DNA from: Camelus ferus
Taxonomy: Eukaryota
Reading direction: 5' to 3'
DNA length: 64,000 nt
NCBI RefSeq assembly: GCF_009834535.1
Contig: NC_045696.1
Span: forward strand, 54,810,001-54,874,000
Shown here piece by piece: positions 52,873 to 64,000 of this stretch (positions within the stretch are counted from its first letter, which is position 1; each line of letters opens with the position of its first letter). The notes under the pieces were generated by a model, which ran no database searches, was not told where the DNA came from, and worked only from the letters and a program-made list of their open reading frames with translations. Made by a program: the position numbers and the translations under genes.

Positions 52873-53530
52873 TTTATTTTTTCAAGCACTTTACGATCAC
52901 ATTGCTGATTACAGGAGGGTTTTACACGGTTCTTACAGGAGGTGACAAGAACAGCCTAAGAATCAGTTAAGAAATGTTTTCTTGATTTTAACCAATTTAG
53001 GCTCTCTGCACTTCAGAGTAAGGATGCATTCACAAAATCAAGAAACTGGGGGATGCTTAGCCATACTGCTTGGGCCAGCAGGTTGAGAATTGGGGAAATG
53101 TTACCATTTATAGGCACGTGGGTACTCAGTCCAAAACCACAGTGCCTGCAATCTCATGTATCATTTCATTCACCAGAAGTGCCAAGAGTCGTGATGTGCT
53201 CCTTATCCTGCCCTGTCATAGCAATGGCTATTTCTGAATGTAATGGATAAATTAAATCTTTTCTTTATCCTCCAATCTTGGATATATTTCAACTTACCCC
53301 CATAGCTATAGGTAAGTATATGTCAGCTGATTCGTCTAAAGAAAATTTTAGCAATTTGACTTTCACAGAGACCCAGATTAGAGTTCTGAAATTTATGAAT
53401 CCCTGGTATCCCTGGTAATTATGACACAGACTCCCAGGTGCAACTAACAGAAATGAAATGATTTAAGATGAATCCAAGAAATTGAGGTAGTTCATGAGAA
53501 CTGGCAGTATCAATAAGAATCTATATTTTT

Positions 53531-54452
53531 TCTAGCTTTATTGAGATATACTTAACATATAATGTTATATAAGTTTAGGATGTTCAATACGATGATTTGA
53601 TACACTTACATATCATGAAATTACCACAGTAAGGTTAGTTAAAACCTCCATCACCTCACATAATTACAATTTCTATTTATCTGGTAAGAATACTTAAAAT
53701 CTAATTTCTAAGCAACTTTCAAGTATATAATACCACATTGTTAACCATAGTCACCATGATGTAAATTAAATCCCCAGAACTTATTCACCTTATAACCTGA
53801 AGTTTCTTCCCACTGACCAACATCTTTCCATTTCCCCTACACCCAGAGCAACAACCATCTACTCTCAGTTTCTGAGTTCATTTTTCTTGATTCCACATAG
53901 AAGTGATATCATATAGTATTTGTCTTTCTCTCTCTGACTTAACTTTACTTAGCATAATTCCCCCAAGGTCCACCTATGTTGTTGCAAAAGGTAGGATTTC
54001 CCTTTTTTTTCAGGGCTGAATAATATATAATCATATTTTCTTCATCCATTCATCTATAGATGGGCACTTAGGTTGTTTCCATATCTTGGCTGAAATGAAC
54101 ATGAGCATATAGATATCTCTTTGAGATCTTACGTTCATTTCCTTTGGGTACATTCCCAGAAGTGGGATTTCTGGATTATATCATAGTTCTGTTTTTTTAA
54201 TTTTTGAGAAACCGTCATACTGTTTTCCACAGTGGCTATACCAATTTACATTCCCACCAACAGTGCACAAGGGTTCTCTTTTCTCCATATCCTTGCCAAT
54301 GCTTGCTATCTCTTGGTTTTTTTTTTTTTTTTTTTTGATGATGGCCATTCTAATAGGTGTGAGGTGATCTCTCATTGTGGTTTTGATTTGCATTTCCTTG
54401 ATGATTAATGATGTTGAGCACCTTTTCATGTATCTGTTGGCCATTTGAGAAA
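53531..54452 (-). mobile_element. 5'-truncated L1 (L1MA-like) with 16-bp TSD
   Basis: ORF2 C-terminus [30 protein letters not shown] plus 3' UTR. TSD aagaatctat(a/g)ttttt at 53515-53530 and 54453-54468; TT/AAAA site on the minus strand. Confidence 0.95.
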
Positions 54453-54531
54453 AAGAATCTATGTTTTTAATAAGCACCCTAGATGATTTTGGCGATGAAA
54501 AAACATAGATTCTGCATTGAAAACACTGCTA
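54453..54531. mobile_element. MER5-like MITE end, apparently the target of the L1 insertion
   Basis: agaatctatgtttttaataagcaccctagatgatt...ttgaaaacactgct. Confidence 0.55.
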
Positions 54532-55304
54532 TAGAAGTGCTCAGGAACTAAACTGGCTTGCATTTGATTTGATACCTAGTGTGCGAATTTTTAAAAATGA
54601 CCTGGGGTCAGGGGAAGAAGAAGAAGATTTGACTGTCCTCCCCTTTCATCTTTTTTGAACAGTCTTTAGAGAAAGAGACTTATTATTATTATTTTGTCCT
54701 TAAGTATTGCATTAAAATACTTGGTTTCTTTAGTGTTATAACTTCTGTCCTTCAGTTCTGAATATTCTGTCACTGAAGTATATCTTGGAATGTCTGAGGA
54801 AACACCTGTCAACTTGACCCTCTCCTCCAATTACCAGTACCCTCACTTTTAGTTAGAAACAGTGTCTTAAACATTTCTTGGAGCTGTTTGTACAATAGCA
54901 ACTTTCCTTTTAGATCTTTACAGATGAAACTTTTGAAAAATAAAGAAAAGAATGAGGGAAAATATTTAACTTGTTTCGATCTCCCACACACATATATAAT
55001 TATATCTAGTACTTAAATATATGATTTTATACCATCTCTAATTATTTCATGTTTTCAGCTTGTCTTTTCAGCTAGATGGCAAGACAGTAGTATACTTCAT
55101 TACTCTTACCTGCTGTACTAATTTTGAGGAAAATAAGCACATAATAAATATTCTGGTTTAGCTTTTTTCTCTCTCATTATGATTTGGTAATTATTTTCTT
55201 TTCTATTACTTTTACCCACATTGCACATTTTGTTTTCTATTTCTTCCATTTTCCCACTCTTTAAATTTGAAGTCAACTACCCCCCCACCACATTATCAGA
55301 AGGA

Positions 55305-55585
55305 GACAGTCCTATAACCAGATGTAATACCTGAGTTTAAATAGATACCCTCATATAGACTCCTGGCTTACACTCTTACTAGTTTATGACATTTCTGTAA
55401 CTCAGTTTTCCTAATATGTAAAATTGGGGATTTAATAGTAATACCTAAATTATAGATCAATATATTCTAAACTAAACAAATGTATAGGTTTGTTGCAAGC
55501 ATTACATGAATTAAAGTATATACAGTATTTGCAATGGTACAAAGAAAATAAATATTTAATAAATGTCAGTTATTATTATCATCAT
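55305..55585 (+). mobile_element. MIR SINE
   Basis: cctgagtttaaat...ctcagttttcctaatatgtaaaattgggga...aataaatgtcagttattatt. Confidence 0.75.
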
Positions 55586-55799
55586 GATTTCAACTGAGAC
55601 ACTGCAGTAAGACATCTTCAGAATTAACACAGATTTTTTTTCATTTATAAAATATGCTCAAATGTTATTTAATTAAACCTTCTCACAATGGTTTAATATT
55701 ACTACCTAAATTTTGCATATAAGCAAATTGAGTATCTGACAAGTTACTGTAATTTCTCAAGGTAACGATGTAAATAAGTTGCACATTTTAAAAAAAGGA

Positions 55800-56080
55800 A
55801 TATAATATTACCAAACATTTGTTAAACACATACATGGTCATTTTTTTATACGCATTTATGTCATTTATTCTTCCAAATAACCCTATGAAGTCAGTATTTT
55901 TACCATTTAACAGATAAGTAAATAGGCTTAAAATGCTAAGTAACTTTCTCGAACTTACATTTCCCAAGTAATAGAGTTAAGAGTCCAGCTATTGATTATT
56001 TGGGGACATATATTCATCTTCATCTTTTGAGGGAATATTTAACCCCAAATCCAAGCCTCTTTGCACAATACCACACTGCA
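55800..56080 (-). mobile_element. MIR SINE
   Basis: tcatttattcttccaaataaccctatgaag...ccatttaacagataagtaaataggctta. Confidence 0.65.
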
Positions 56081-57221
56081 ATACAGTGTTGCTTCATTTC
56101 TACTCCAAGGACACAGGAGAATGTATACTCACTCAAAAAGATACCCTCTTGTTTGCCAAGAATGAGAGAAGTATATCAGCTTCAACGCCCAACGGCATAA
56201 GGAGAGGAAAACATACTGTGATTTAAAGTCAAATATTCCCAGGTAGGTAAATCAGATTTGCAATGGTTACTCTGTATCTGTGGACTTGATTCACTTACAA
56301 CACTTTTGCTAGTCAACTCACAGGTTGGAAATAGGGATATTAATGACACAAACCCAAGTGTTTGAGCCAATTAAAATAGCAAAAGCCTTCTTGAAAACTT
56401 TATGCTTCTGTATTTATAAGATGGAAACTGTTAGTTAATTTTAATATGGGTACTGTCTAAAGGAAATATCAGTCTCTAAAGTTTATGAAATCCAAGTAAC
56501 ACATAATGATACTGAACAAATCTAATCCAGAGTCATTTTATTTCCTTATATTGTTAAACAATGAATATTAGATTAAAATTGTTAATGAGTAGCAAGAAGA
56601 CTATAAATTTCCATGACTGAAACTCTAATAAAATAGAAAAGAGTAACCAGGCCATCATGCAAAAGTAAAGGTCAAATTTCCCACCAGTTCTTTAACTCCT
56701 TTCTATTGTCACCACTCTGGTGTGGTTCACTCACTCTCAATTGAAATTGACTTGCTGCCTCGGATACAGAAGATCTCAATGTGACAAGCATGAAAACTTA
56801 TGATGTTGCAAAGTATGGCTCCCTTTGAAAAAATTTTAGATAAACACTGATATCAAATGCTAGGTTCAAAATTTTTTTTTTAAATGGTAACTTACCATGA
56901 AGCCAAGAAAAAGGAAAGCATGTTGTCTGTCATTCTTTCATAATTTTAGGGTCAATGTGGTAATTTGACTTTCTAAAACCTTATCTGTTTTATTCAGTTC
57001 TGTTACCAGGTAGCAGCATGTCTGTATGGCATTGTTTTCCTTGAGAACAAAGCTTCTCTACAGAAATTGGGCACGTATGGTCATGGATTGCCAATACCTT
57101 TAAGATTCAAATATAGCTTCCTCTCTAAAAATCTCTTCCTCTCTAAAGAAGTCAAAATTGAGTGATGTTTACCTTAAACCAGACAAAACTTTCGGAGAAG
57201 TATTTTAGAGCAAGCCAATAA

Positions 57222-57405
57222 ATGAGAAGTTGCTGTTCAACAGGTATATGGTTTACATGATGAATAAGTTCTAAAGATCTATGTACAACACTGTGCCAAC
57301 AATAGACCTAGTAGTACAGTTAATAATACTGCACAGTGCACTAAAAAATTTGTCAAAAAGGTAGATCTCATGTTAAGCATTCTTAGCACAATAAAAACAA
57401 AAAAT
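57222..57405 (+). mobile_element. L1 3' end (L1MA/MB-like)
   Basis: gatgaataagttctaaagatct...taataatactg...ggtagatctcatgttaagcattcttagcacaataaa. Confidence 0.8.
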
Positions 57406-57969
57406 ATTTAAAGAAATAAAATATCACAAGTGTTTTTCTAAACTATTTTCTACCTATTAACTTATAACACATTCTTCCTCTTTAAAGAAGTCATATATTT
57501 ACCTTCAAATGTAAATGTAAGGATCTATCTACCTACCTATTTGACTTTGTATCTAAAGCACCTTCAACAGTTTGCTTTAAACCATCCCTGTTTCAGTGTA
57601 GCTCAGAGTAAATGTTCCTCCAGCTTTGTTCCTGGTGGAAAACATTTCCTTTATGCTTCATCCTCTTGTATCAATTGGTAGAACAAATAAACTGCCAAAG
57701 GGAAAAAAATAAACACGTCTCTTTATCTTCAGATTCTGATGTCATCTTTCAAGGGACAGAATAAAATGTTTCTACTTTCCAAAAAAGTACTATGATATGA
57801 CATCCTCCAATCAGAGAGAGAACTGGTATACATTTCTGCCTTTTTTTAATGTAATTACTTTAATAATGCTAATTAAGGATGAAGCTTTATCAACATACAG
57901 AAACTAGAATAATTTAAAGTCAATTCTGTCTTTAAATATTAACTTAGAAAGTTACTTAGAAATTTTTCA

Positions 57970-60700
57970 AACTTCTATAGTTCACTGCAGTAAAAATAAT
58001 AATTCTATATAGCTATATTCTCTCTTCCTTTTGTGCTATTCATTTATATATATAATATCAATGTACATTACTAACACAACAATATTAGTTATAATGATTA
58101 CTTTATATAATTATGTTTTTTAAAGAACTTGAGAGAAAAAGAAAAGAGAGTATGTAATTATAGTGTTTATTATATTAACCTTTTAAATTACTTTTTCTGG
58201 TTCCCTTAATTTGTCCCTGTGGATTAAAGTTACCATGTGGTGTCATTTCCTTACTCAAATACAGCTTTGCTCCTACTCTTTGTGCCATTATTGTTAAATA
58301 TATCTGTAATGATATTATTCATTAATTATTTAAAAATATAAATATGGTCTTATATAATTGATTTTTAAAATGCGTTAAGGAAAGAAAAGGAAAACCATAC
58401 ATTTATGCTATCATATAATTGCCTTTATTGATGTTCTTTATTTTTTTATGTAGATTCAAATTAAAGTCTGGAGTCATTTGCTTTTAGACCAAAAACTAGT
58501 TTTGGTATTTCTTATAAGGTAGATCTCTTTAAAATAAACTGCTTTTTAAAAAATTTACTTGGGAAAGTCCTAATTTCACCTTCATTTTTGACAGTTTTGC
58601 TGGATATTAGATTATTGGTTGAGCATTTTTGGTTTATTTTTCTGTCTTTTTTTGCAATTTCAGTACTTTGAATACATTACCCTACACTCTTCTCCATTGT
58701 TTCCGGTAAGAAATCTGTTAATATTACATGACAATCAACATGATAAGTTCTTGCTTTCAAAATATTAAAAATATTCTCTTTGTCTTTGTCTTTCAACATT
58801 TTTATTATAAAGTATCTCCATGAGGATCTTTTTGTCTATATCCTACTTGGAGTTCATTGAGCGTCCTGGATGTGTAAATTAATATTTATCACAAGTTCAA
58901 AAAGATTCCAGATGTCATTTCTTCAAATAATTATTCTGCTCTTTTCTGTTCTTTTCTCTTTCTCCTCTTCTGGCACTCTTGTTACACATGTGTTGATGTA
59001 TTTAATGGTGTCTCATATTTTCCAAGGCTCTGTTAGTTTTTGCTCATTCTTTTTCCTCTCAATTTTTTGTATTCTATAATCTCTATTGATCTGTCTTCAA
59101 GTTCCCCTACTCTTTATTCTGCCATTTAAATCTAATGTTCATCTCCTCTAGAGAATTTTTTATTTCAGTTAGGGTACTTTCCAATTTTCACTTGGATTTC
59201 TTTCTAAAAATAATTTAGTAATTGTATCTCTTTATTGATATTTCTGTTAAATGAAACATTGTCATCATACAATCTTTTACTTCTTTAAACACAATTTTCT
59301 TTAGTTCTTTAAACATATTTATAATGACAGCTTTAATTTTTCTTATCTGTTAAGTCCAAATCTGGGTCCTTTCACCAGCAGTTTCTGTTGCCTACTTTCA
59401 TTTTTCTGCTTATCCCTCTTTCCTGTTTATTTGCGTATCATTATTTCTTGTTGAAAACTGAACATTTTAGATAACATAGCACCTCTGGATACAGCAAACT
59501 CCCATGATATGTTGCTGCTTGCTGTTTTATTTTTATATGTGTAGTGACTTCGTCGGACTTAAGTCTATTTCTCCTGCGCTGCCAGGCCTCAAGCGTCACT
59601 CCTCAAAGGGAGCAGCCTTGACCATATACACAGTCAACCTAAGATAACAGAGCTCTGTTAGTTTCCAGCTGATTGCTCTATTGTTTCAATAATTCCCTGG
59701 GGCATAAACATTCCACAACCCGATCTAAGTAAATCTGGGTGCCTTTACAGGGACAATTTTTCAGGCCAGTCTTTGAGATCTGTCCTGATCCTAAAGAGGG
59801 GTACTCGTAGCCCTCTCTTGCCATGGTTCTCTCTAGTAAACAAGCCTGCACTATGGTTTAGTTGTGGTTCTCATGAAGCCACCACCTGCCTCTAGATTTT
59901 TTACTACCGAAATCTCCAATGTTTCTGAGAGCACCTTTAAGCTTAAATATCCCTGCACTTTGTTCCACAGAAAGATATTTCTTTGGGGAGATCTTCAGAG
60001 CTCTCTGTTCTTATGAATGGCCTCTCCCCCTGGGCAAAATCTCTGAGCCACTGCTCTAGAGTTGGGGCAGGCACAGTGGCCCATTTCTCCCAGAGTAACA
60101 TTCCTATATTAACAAATACAGTCCTGGGAGAGAGTAATCACCGCTAGGTCTTCTTGGTTTGAATCTTCTGTCTGGAAACTCCACCTTAGAAGCAAGCTTG
60201 GGCGAGGGCTACAGAAGGTCCAGTATTCTGGGGTAGAATATCTGAATTCTACCTCATGAGTTGGGGCTTCCTAGGTTACTTTCACTATGATTTAGTTTCT
60301 GCAACATGAAGTTGGTGAAGACGAGAAATACTGATGGCCTGCCCCTCCTGGGAAGATACCATAACCCTTGGCTGGGAGCTTTAAAGGAGGGAGCTCAGAC
60401 TTCTTGACCAAGCCTGCTCAGAATGGAGCTCTCATAATATTGGGCTGGGGGTGGGCATTGGTGGGGTAGGGAGAAGTAGTTGTGGTTTACATGCCACCAA
60501 TCTTCACTGTTCTTACTTATATTTAGTAGATTTTCTTGAAAAAATATTTCTTCATTTGTTCTGTGCCCTTAGGACAATTTCCAGAGACTAAATTGTTTAA
60601 AAAAAAAACACACAATTTTTCCAGTTATGTTTTCATCGTAACTTTTTCTGTTTCACCATGGGGAGTGTCTGCAGAGATCATAATGCTGCAATTCCTGGAG
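57970..60700 (-). mobile_element. Old L1 5' UTR and ORF1 region
   Basis: Antisense ORF1 motifs (tttcaccttcatttttgacagttttgctggata; ttggagttcattgagc; attgatctgtcttcaagttc), followed by a GC-richer 5' UTR. Confidence 0.85.
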
Positions 60701-60844
60701 TTTGGGAGTTGTCTTTCTGTAACTGTGGTTTTAAATTTCATTTCCACTATAACTAAAGATACTGTATACTTTTTCTCTAATCCAAGGATACTGTTTTATC
60801 ACCTACCTAAAAAAACTATGTCAGTTATCAAAATGGCTGAGATT

Positions 60845-62335
60845 ATTTTTAGCAACTTTATTGGAAATATAATTGACATATAACAAATTGTACTTACTTG
60901 GAATATACAAATTGATGTTTTGACTTATGTACTCCAATAAAACCATCACCATAGTTAAGATAATGAAACTATAGATCACTCCCAAAATTTTTCTCGTGTC
61001 CTTTGTAATTTATTCTCCTGTCTCTTTCACCCACTTTTCCTCCACACTGTCCGATATAAGCATTAATCTGCTTTCTGTTAATATAGATTAGCTTGTATTT
61101 TCTAGAATTTAACATTCATAGGACCATTTAATAGATCATTTTTTTGGTCTAGTGTCTTTCATTAAATGTGATTGCTTTGAGATTCATCCCTTTTGATTCA
61201 TGTATCAATAGTTCCTTTCTATTTATTGTTGAATACTATTACATTATATCCATTCACCTGCTGATAGAAACTTAGTTGTTTCCAGGTTAAGGCTATTGTT
61301 AAAAAAGCTGCTATGAATATTCATGTACAAGTTTATTTATGGACATATTCTGTCATTTCTCTTGGGTAAATATCTGGAGTGAAATGGCTAGATCATATCG
61401 TGGATGTATGTTTAACTAAAAAAGAAAAAAACAGCTGAAATGTTTTCCAAAGTGGTTGTACTCTTCTACATTCTGACCAACATCCTGTGAGAGTTCCAGT
61501 GTCTCCAAATACTTGCAAATTAATTGGTCTTTTTGCTTTTAGCGATTATAATAATGAAGTGGTATTATACTATACTTTTCACTTTCACTTATCTAATAAT
61601 GAAACATCTGTTTTAATAAATTTTTTATTGAGTTATTTTGTTTAATAAATTTTTGTTGAGTTATTTTAGTTTTAAGAGTTCTTTGTATATTCTGGATATA
61701 AATACTTTATAATATATATAATTGCAAAAATTTTCTTCCAAGCTGTGGTTTATCTTTTCCTTATTTTAATAGTATGTTTCAGCAATAAAGTTTTTAATTT
61801 GTATGAAGTTCAATTTTCTAATCTCTACTTTTATGGATTATGCTTTTGATATCATATCTAAGAAATCTTTCCCTAAACACAAATCACAAAAGTTTTCCTA
61901 CATATTTTTCTTAGTCTCTAGCTTTAGGTTTTATATTTAGGTCCAAGATGTTTTTTCTGTTAGCTTTTTTTTTTTAATACAGGGTAAGGTATGTATCAAA
62001 GACCTTACAAGTTTTTGTTTTTGCACACAAATAACCAATGTTGAAAATACTACCTTTTCTACATTAAAATGACTTGGCAAATTTGTCAAAAATCAGTTGT
62101 TTATATATGTGTGAGCTTCTTTTATTAACTCTCCATTCTGTGTCATTAATCTATTTGTCTATTTTGATACCAATATCACATAGCCTCCATTACTATTACT
62201 TTATTATAAATTTTACATTTGGGGTTTCTAAGTTCTCCAGTTTTGCTGTTCTTACTCAAATTTTTTGGCTGTTCAACATCCTTTGCATTTCCAAATGAAG
62301 TTTAGAATCAATTTTCTACTTCTATTTTAAAAAGT
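60845..62335 (-). mobile_element. 5'-truncated L1 (L1MB-like): 3' UTR and ORF2 end
   Basis: aactttattggaaatataattgacata 3' end; ttttccaaagtggttgtac; tatgcttttgatatcatatctaagaaatc. Confidence 0.9.
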
Positions 62336-62339
62336 TGGA

Positions 62340-64000
62340 TGGCAGGATAGAGCTTTCCAACAGACAAGTTGATAACCTCTGTGAATATTTCCCTCCATAA
62401 AATCAACAAAAATTCTGGGAAAAAAATGTCAAAATCAACTTTCTCAGGACTCTTGAAACTATGCATAAGTTTTTGATAATGAGAGGAGTGTTTGTTAAAA
62501 CAAAACAAAAACTGCTGTACCTTGATAACAAAAGCAGGCATTTGGGCTTTGATGCTTGACCTACTCCCATTCCCCTCTCCAAAGATACTCACTATTAGTC
62601 TAATTTAAAGACTTGATGGTAGTCTTGAAACTAAGTAGCCTTACAACCACAACTGCAGTGAAAACCAGGAGAGTTAGAAAAACCAGAGAGAACAGATAAC
62701 GGTTTCAGTTCTTTAAAAAGTCCCTTTTCCATACAGTTACTACTATTAGATTTGTACCTACTTTGATATATCTAGAAAAACTTGATTTACAGGACTCTGT
62801 CACAATTTAATCTAACTCAGAGGTATCTATTTCAATCCCTGTGGCCTTTGTTGAAAAAACATCAACTGGTAATTGTTTATCATTGCAGCCTCTGAAGTCT
62901 GTAAGGTCACTGAGGTAAATACGATCCTAACAAAAAGTTAAAAGGGAGATTTGAGGAACAAAATGTCCATAGGAAACTCTGGAAATTCCTAACATATTTC
63001 TGTAGCAATAAATTCTGTGTGTATGTGCGAGGCTGTGCACATGCCCAAGAAAGACCTGTGAGCACCCCAATCTCGCAGATATGGCTGAAATTGAAGCACT
63101 ATACAAACAGGAAGCTAAGGATAAGGCAGAGTTGTGAACAGCCTGTGCACTGAACGCATATCTTAGCCCACATTCATAAACCCTTTGTAAAGGATGAAAG
63201 ATTTACTGGCTAAAGGCATTTAAAGAAATCTCTGATCAGTCATTAGCTGACCAGTAAATTAAGCAAGCAGAGATTTCAGTAGCAGCACACTATTGGAAAT
63301 ACAGACTTTATAGAATTAGTTCAGGAAAGTCACTAAACAAATAAATGGTAACAACAACAACAACTCTGAGGGAGAGGGAGAAAGAAATTTTTAGAGTTAC
63401 CGTATTATACCATCCCAAATATTCACTTTTCAACAAAAATTTACAAGAAATATGGAAGTATTGCCCATATGCAGAAATAAATTCATTCAGTAGAAACTAT
63501 TCCTAAGATGATCTAGATGTTGAGCTCACTAGACATAGACTTAAATCAGCTAGTATAAGTTTATTCAAAGAACTAGGACAAACACAACATTGTAAAATGA
63601 TTATAAATCAATAAAAAATGTTAAAAAAATAAAAAAAATTTAAAAATGAACCTAAAGGATTAGATACAGAAAAAAAAAAAAGAACTAGGACAAGCATGTC
63701 TGAAGAATTAAAGAAAGATATGACAATGATTCTCATCATTGATAAGAGAGACTATCAACAAAGAGGATAGAAATTTTATAAAAAAATCATAATTCTTTGA
63801 AAATCGTACAAGATGACTCAAAAACTAATGGATGAAGAAACTTGCATGGATGATATATGAGTAGGTAGAATACTATCACTGTTTTGAACTGTAAAAAGAA
63901 AAAGTGCAAAAATTCTAAACATTATTTTACATGATGTGATTTTAAATGTGTGTAATTAAATTATGAAATAAAAAAGAACCAAATAGAAATTCTTGAACTG
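62340..64000 (+). mobile_element. Old L1 (L1M4-like) 5' UTR and ORF1 start, running off the window end
   Basis: tgtcaaaatcaactttctcaggactct 5' UTR motif; ORF1-like gacttaaatcagc...ttcaaagaacta and aaccaaatagaaattcttgaactg. Confidence 0.8.
63582..63678 (+). mobile_element. 97-bp young L1 3'-end insertion with perfect 15-bp TSD
   Basis: acacaacattgtaaaatgattataaatcaataaaaaa L1 tail; TSD aaagaactaggacaa at 63567-63581 and 63679-63693. Confidence 0.9.

Noticed and set aside
1..64000. CRISPR array, operon or other prokaryote-style system
   Set aside because: No regularly spaced repeat-spacer array and no gene-dense coding structure. The sequence is mammalian repeat-rich DNA.

Overview
AT-rich mammalian genomic DNA, probably camelid. 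That assignment rests on a TSD-flanked tRNA-derived SINE of the Vic-1 type at 14126-14323 and is made from memory of the consensus. I can support no protein-coding exon, tRNA, rRNA or CRISPR array. The supplied ORFs are decayed LINE-1 fragments, antisense repeat frames or chance ORFs. Roughly half the window is interspersed repeat: a near full-length but dead L1 (28537-34410), several other L1 pieces, L2, L3/CR1, MIR, MaLR/ERV LTRs and hAT/mariner MITEs, often nested. I found no convincing new biological system. Best leads: (i) short retro-insertions with extra non-element sequence between two A-tracts (candidate 3' transductions); (ii) a CpG-enriched unique segment with two adjacent NF-kB sites plus ETS and STAT motifs (candidate inducible enhancer); (iii) an unexplained cluster of inverted repeats with a perfect 22-bp direct repeat 1022 bp away; (iv) a possible twin-priming inverted L1; (v) recurring deletion-plus-local-duplication repair scars. 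Repeat family names come from recall of consensus sequences, not a search. Boundaries of old repeats are approximate.
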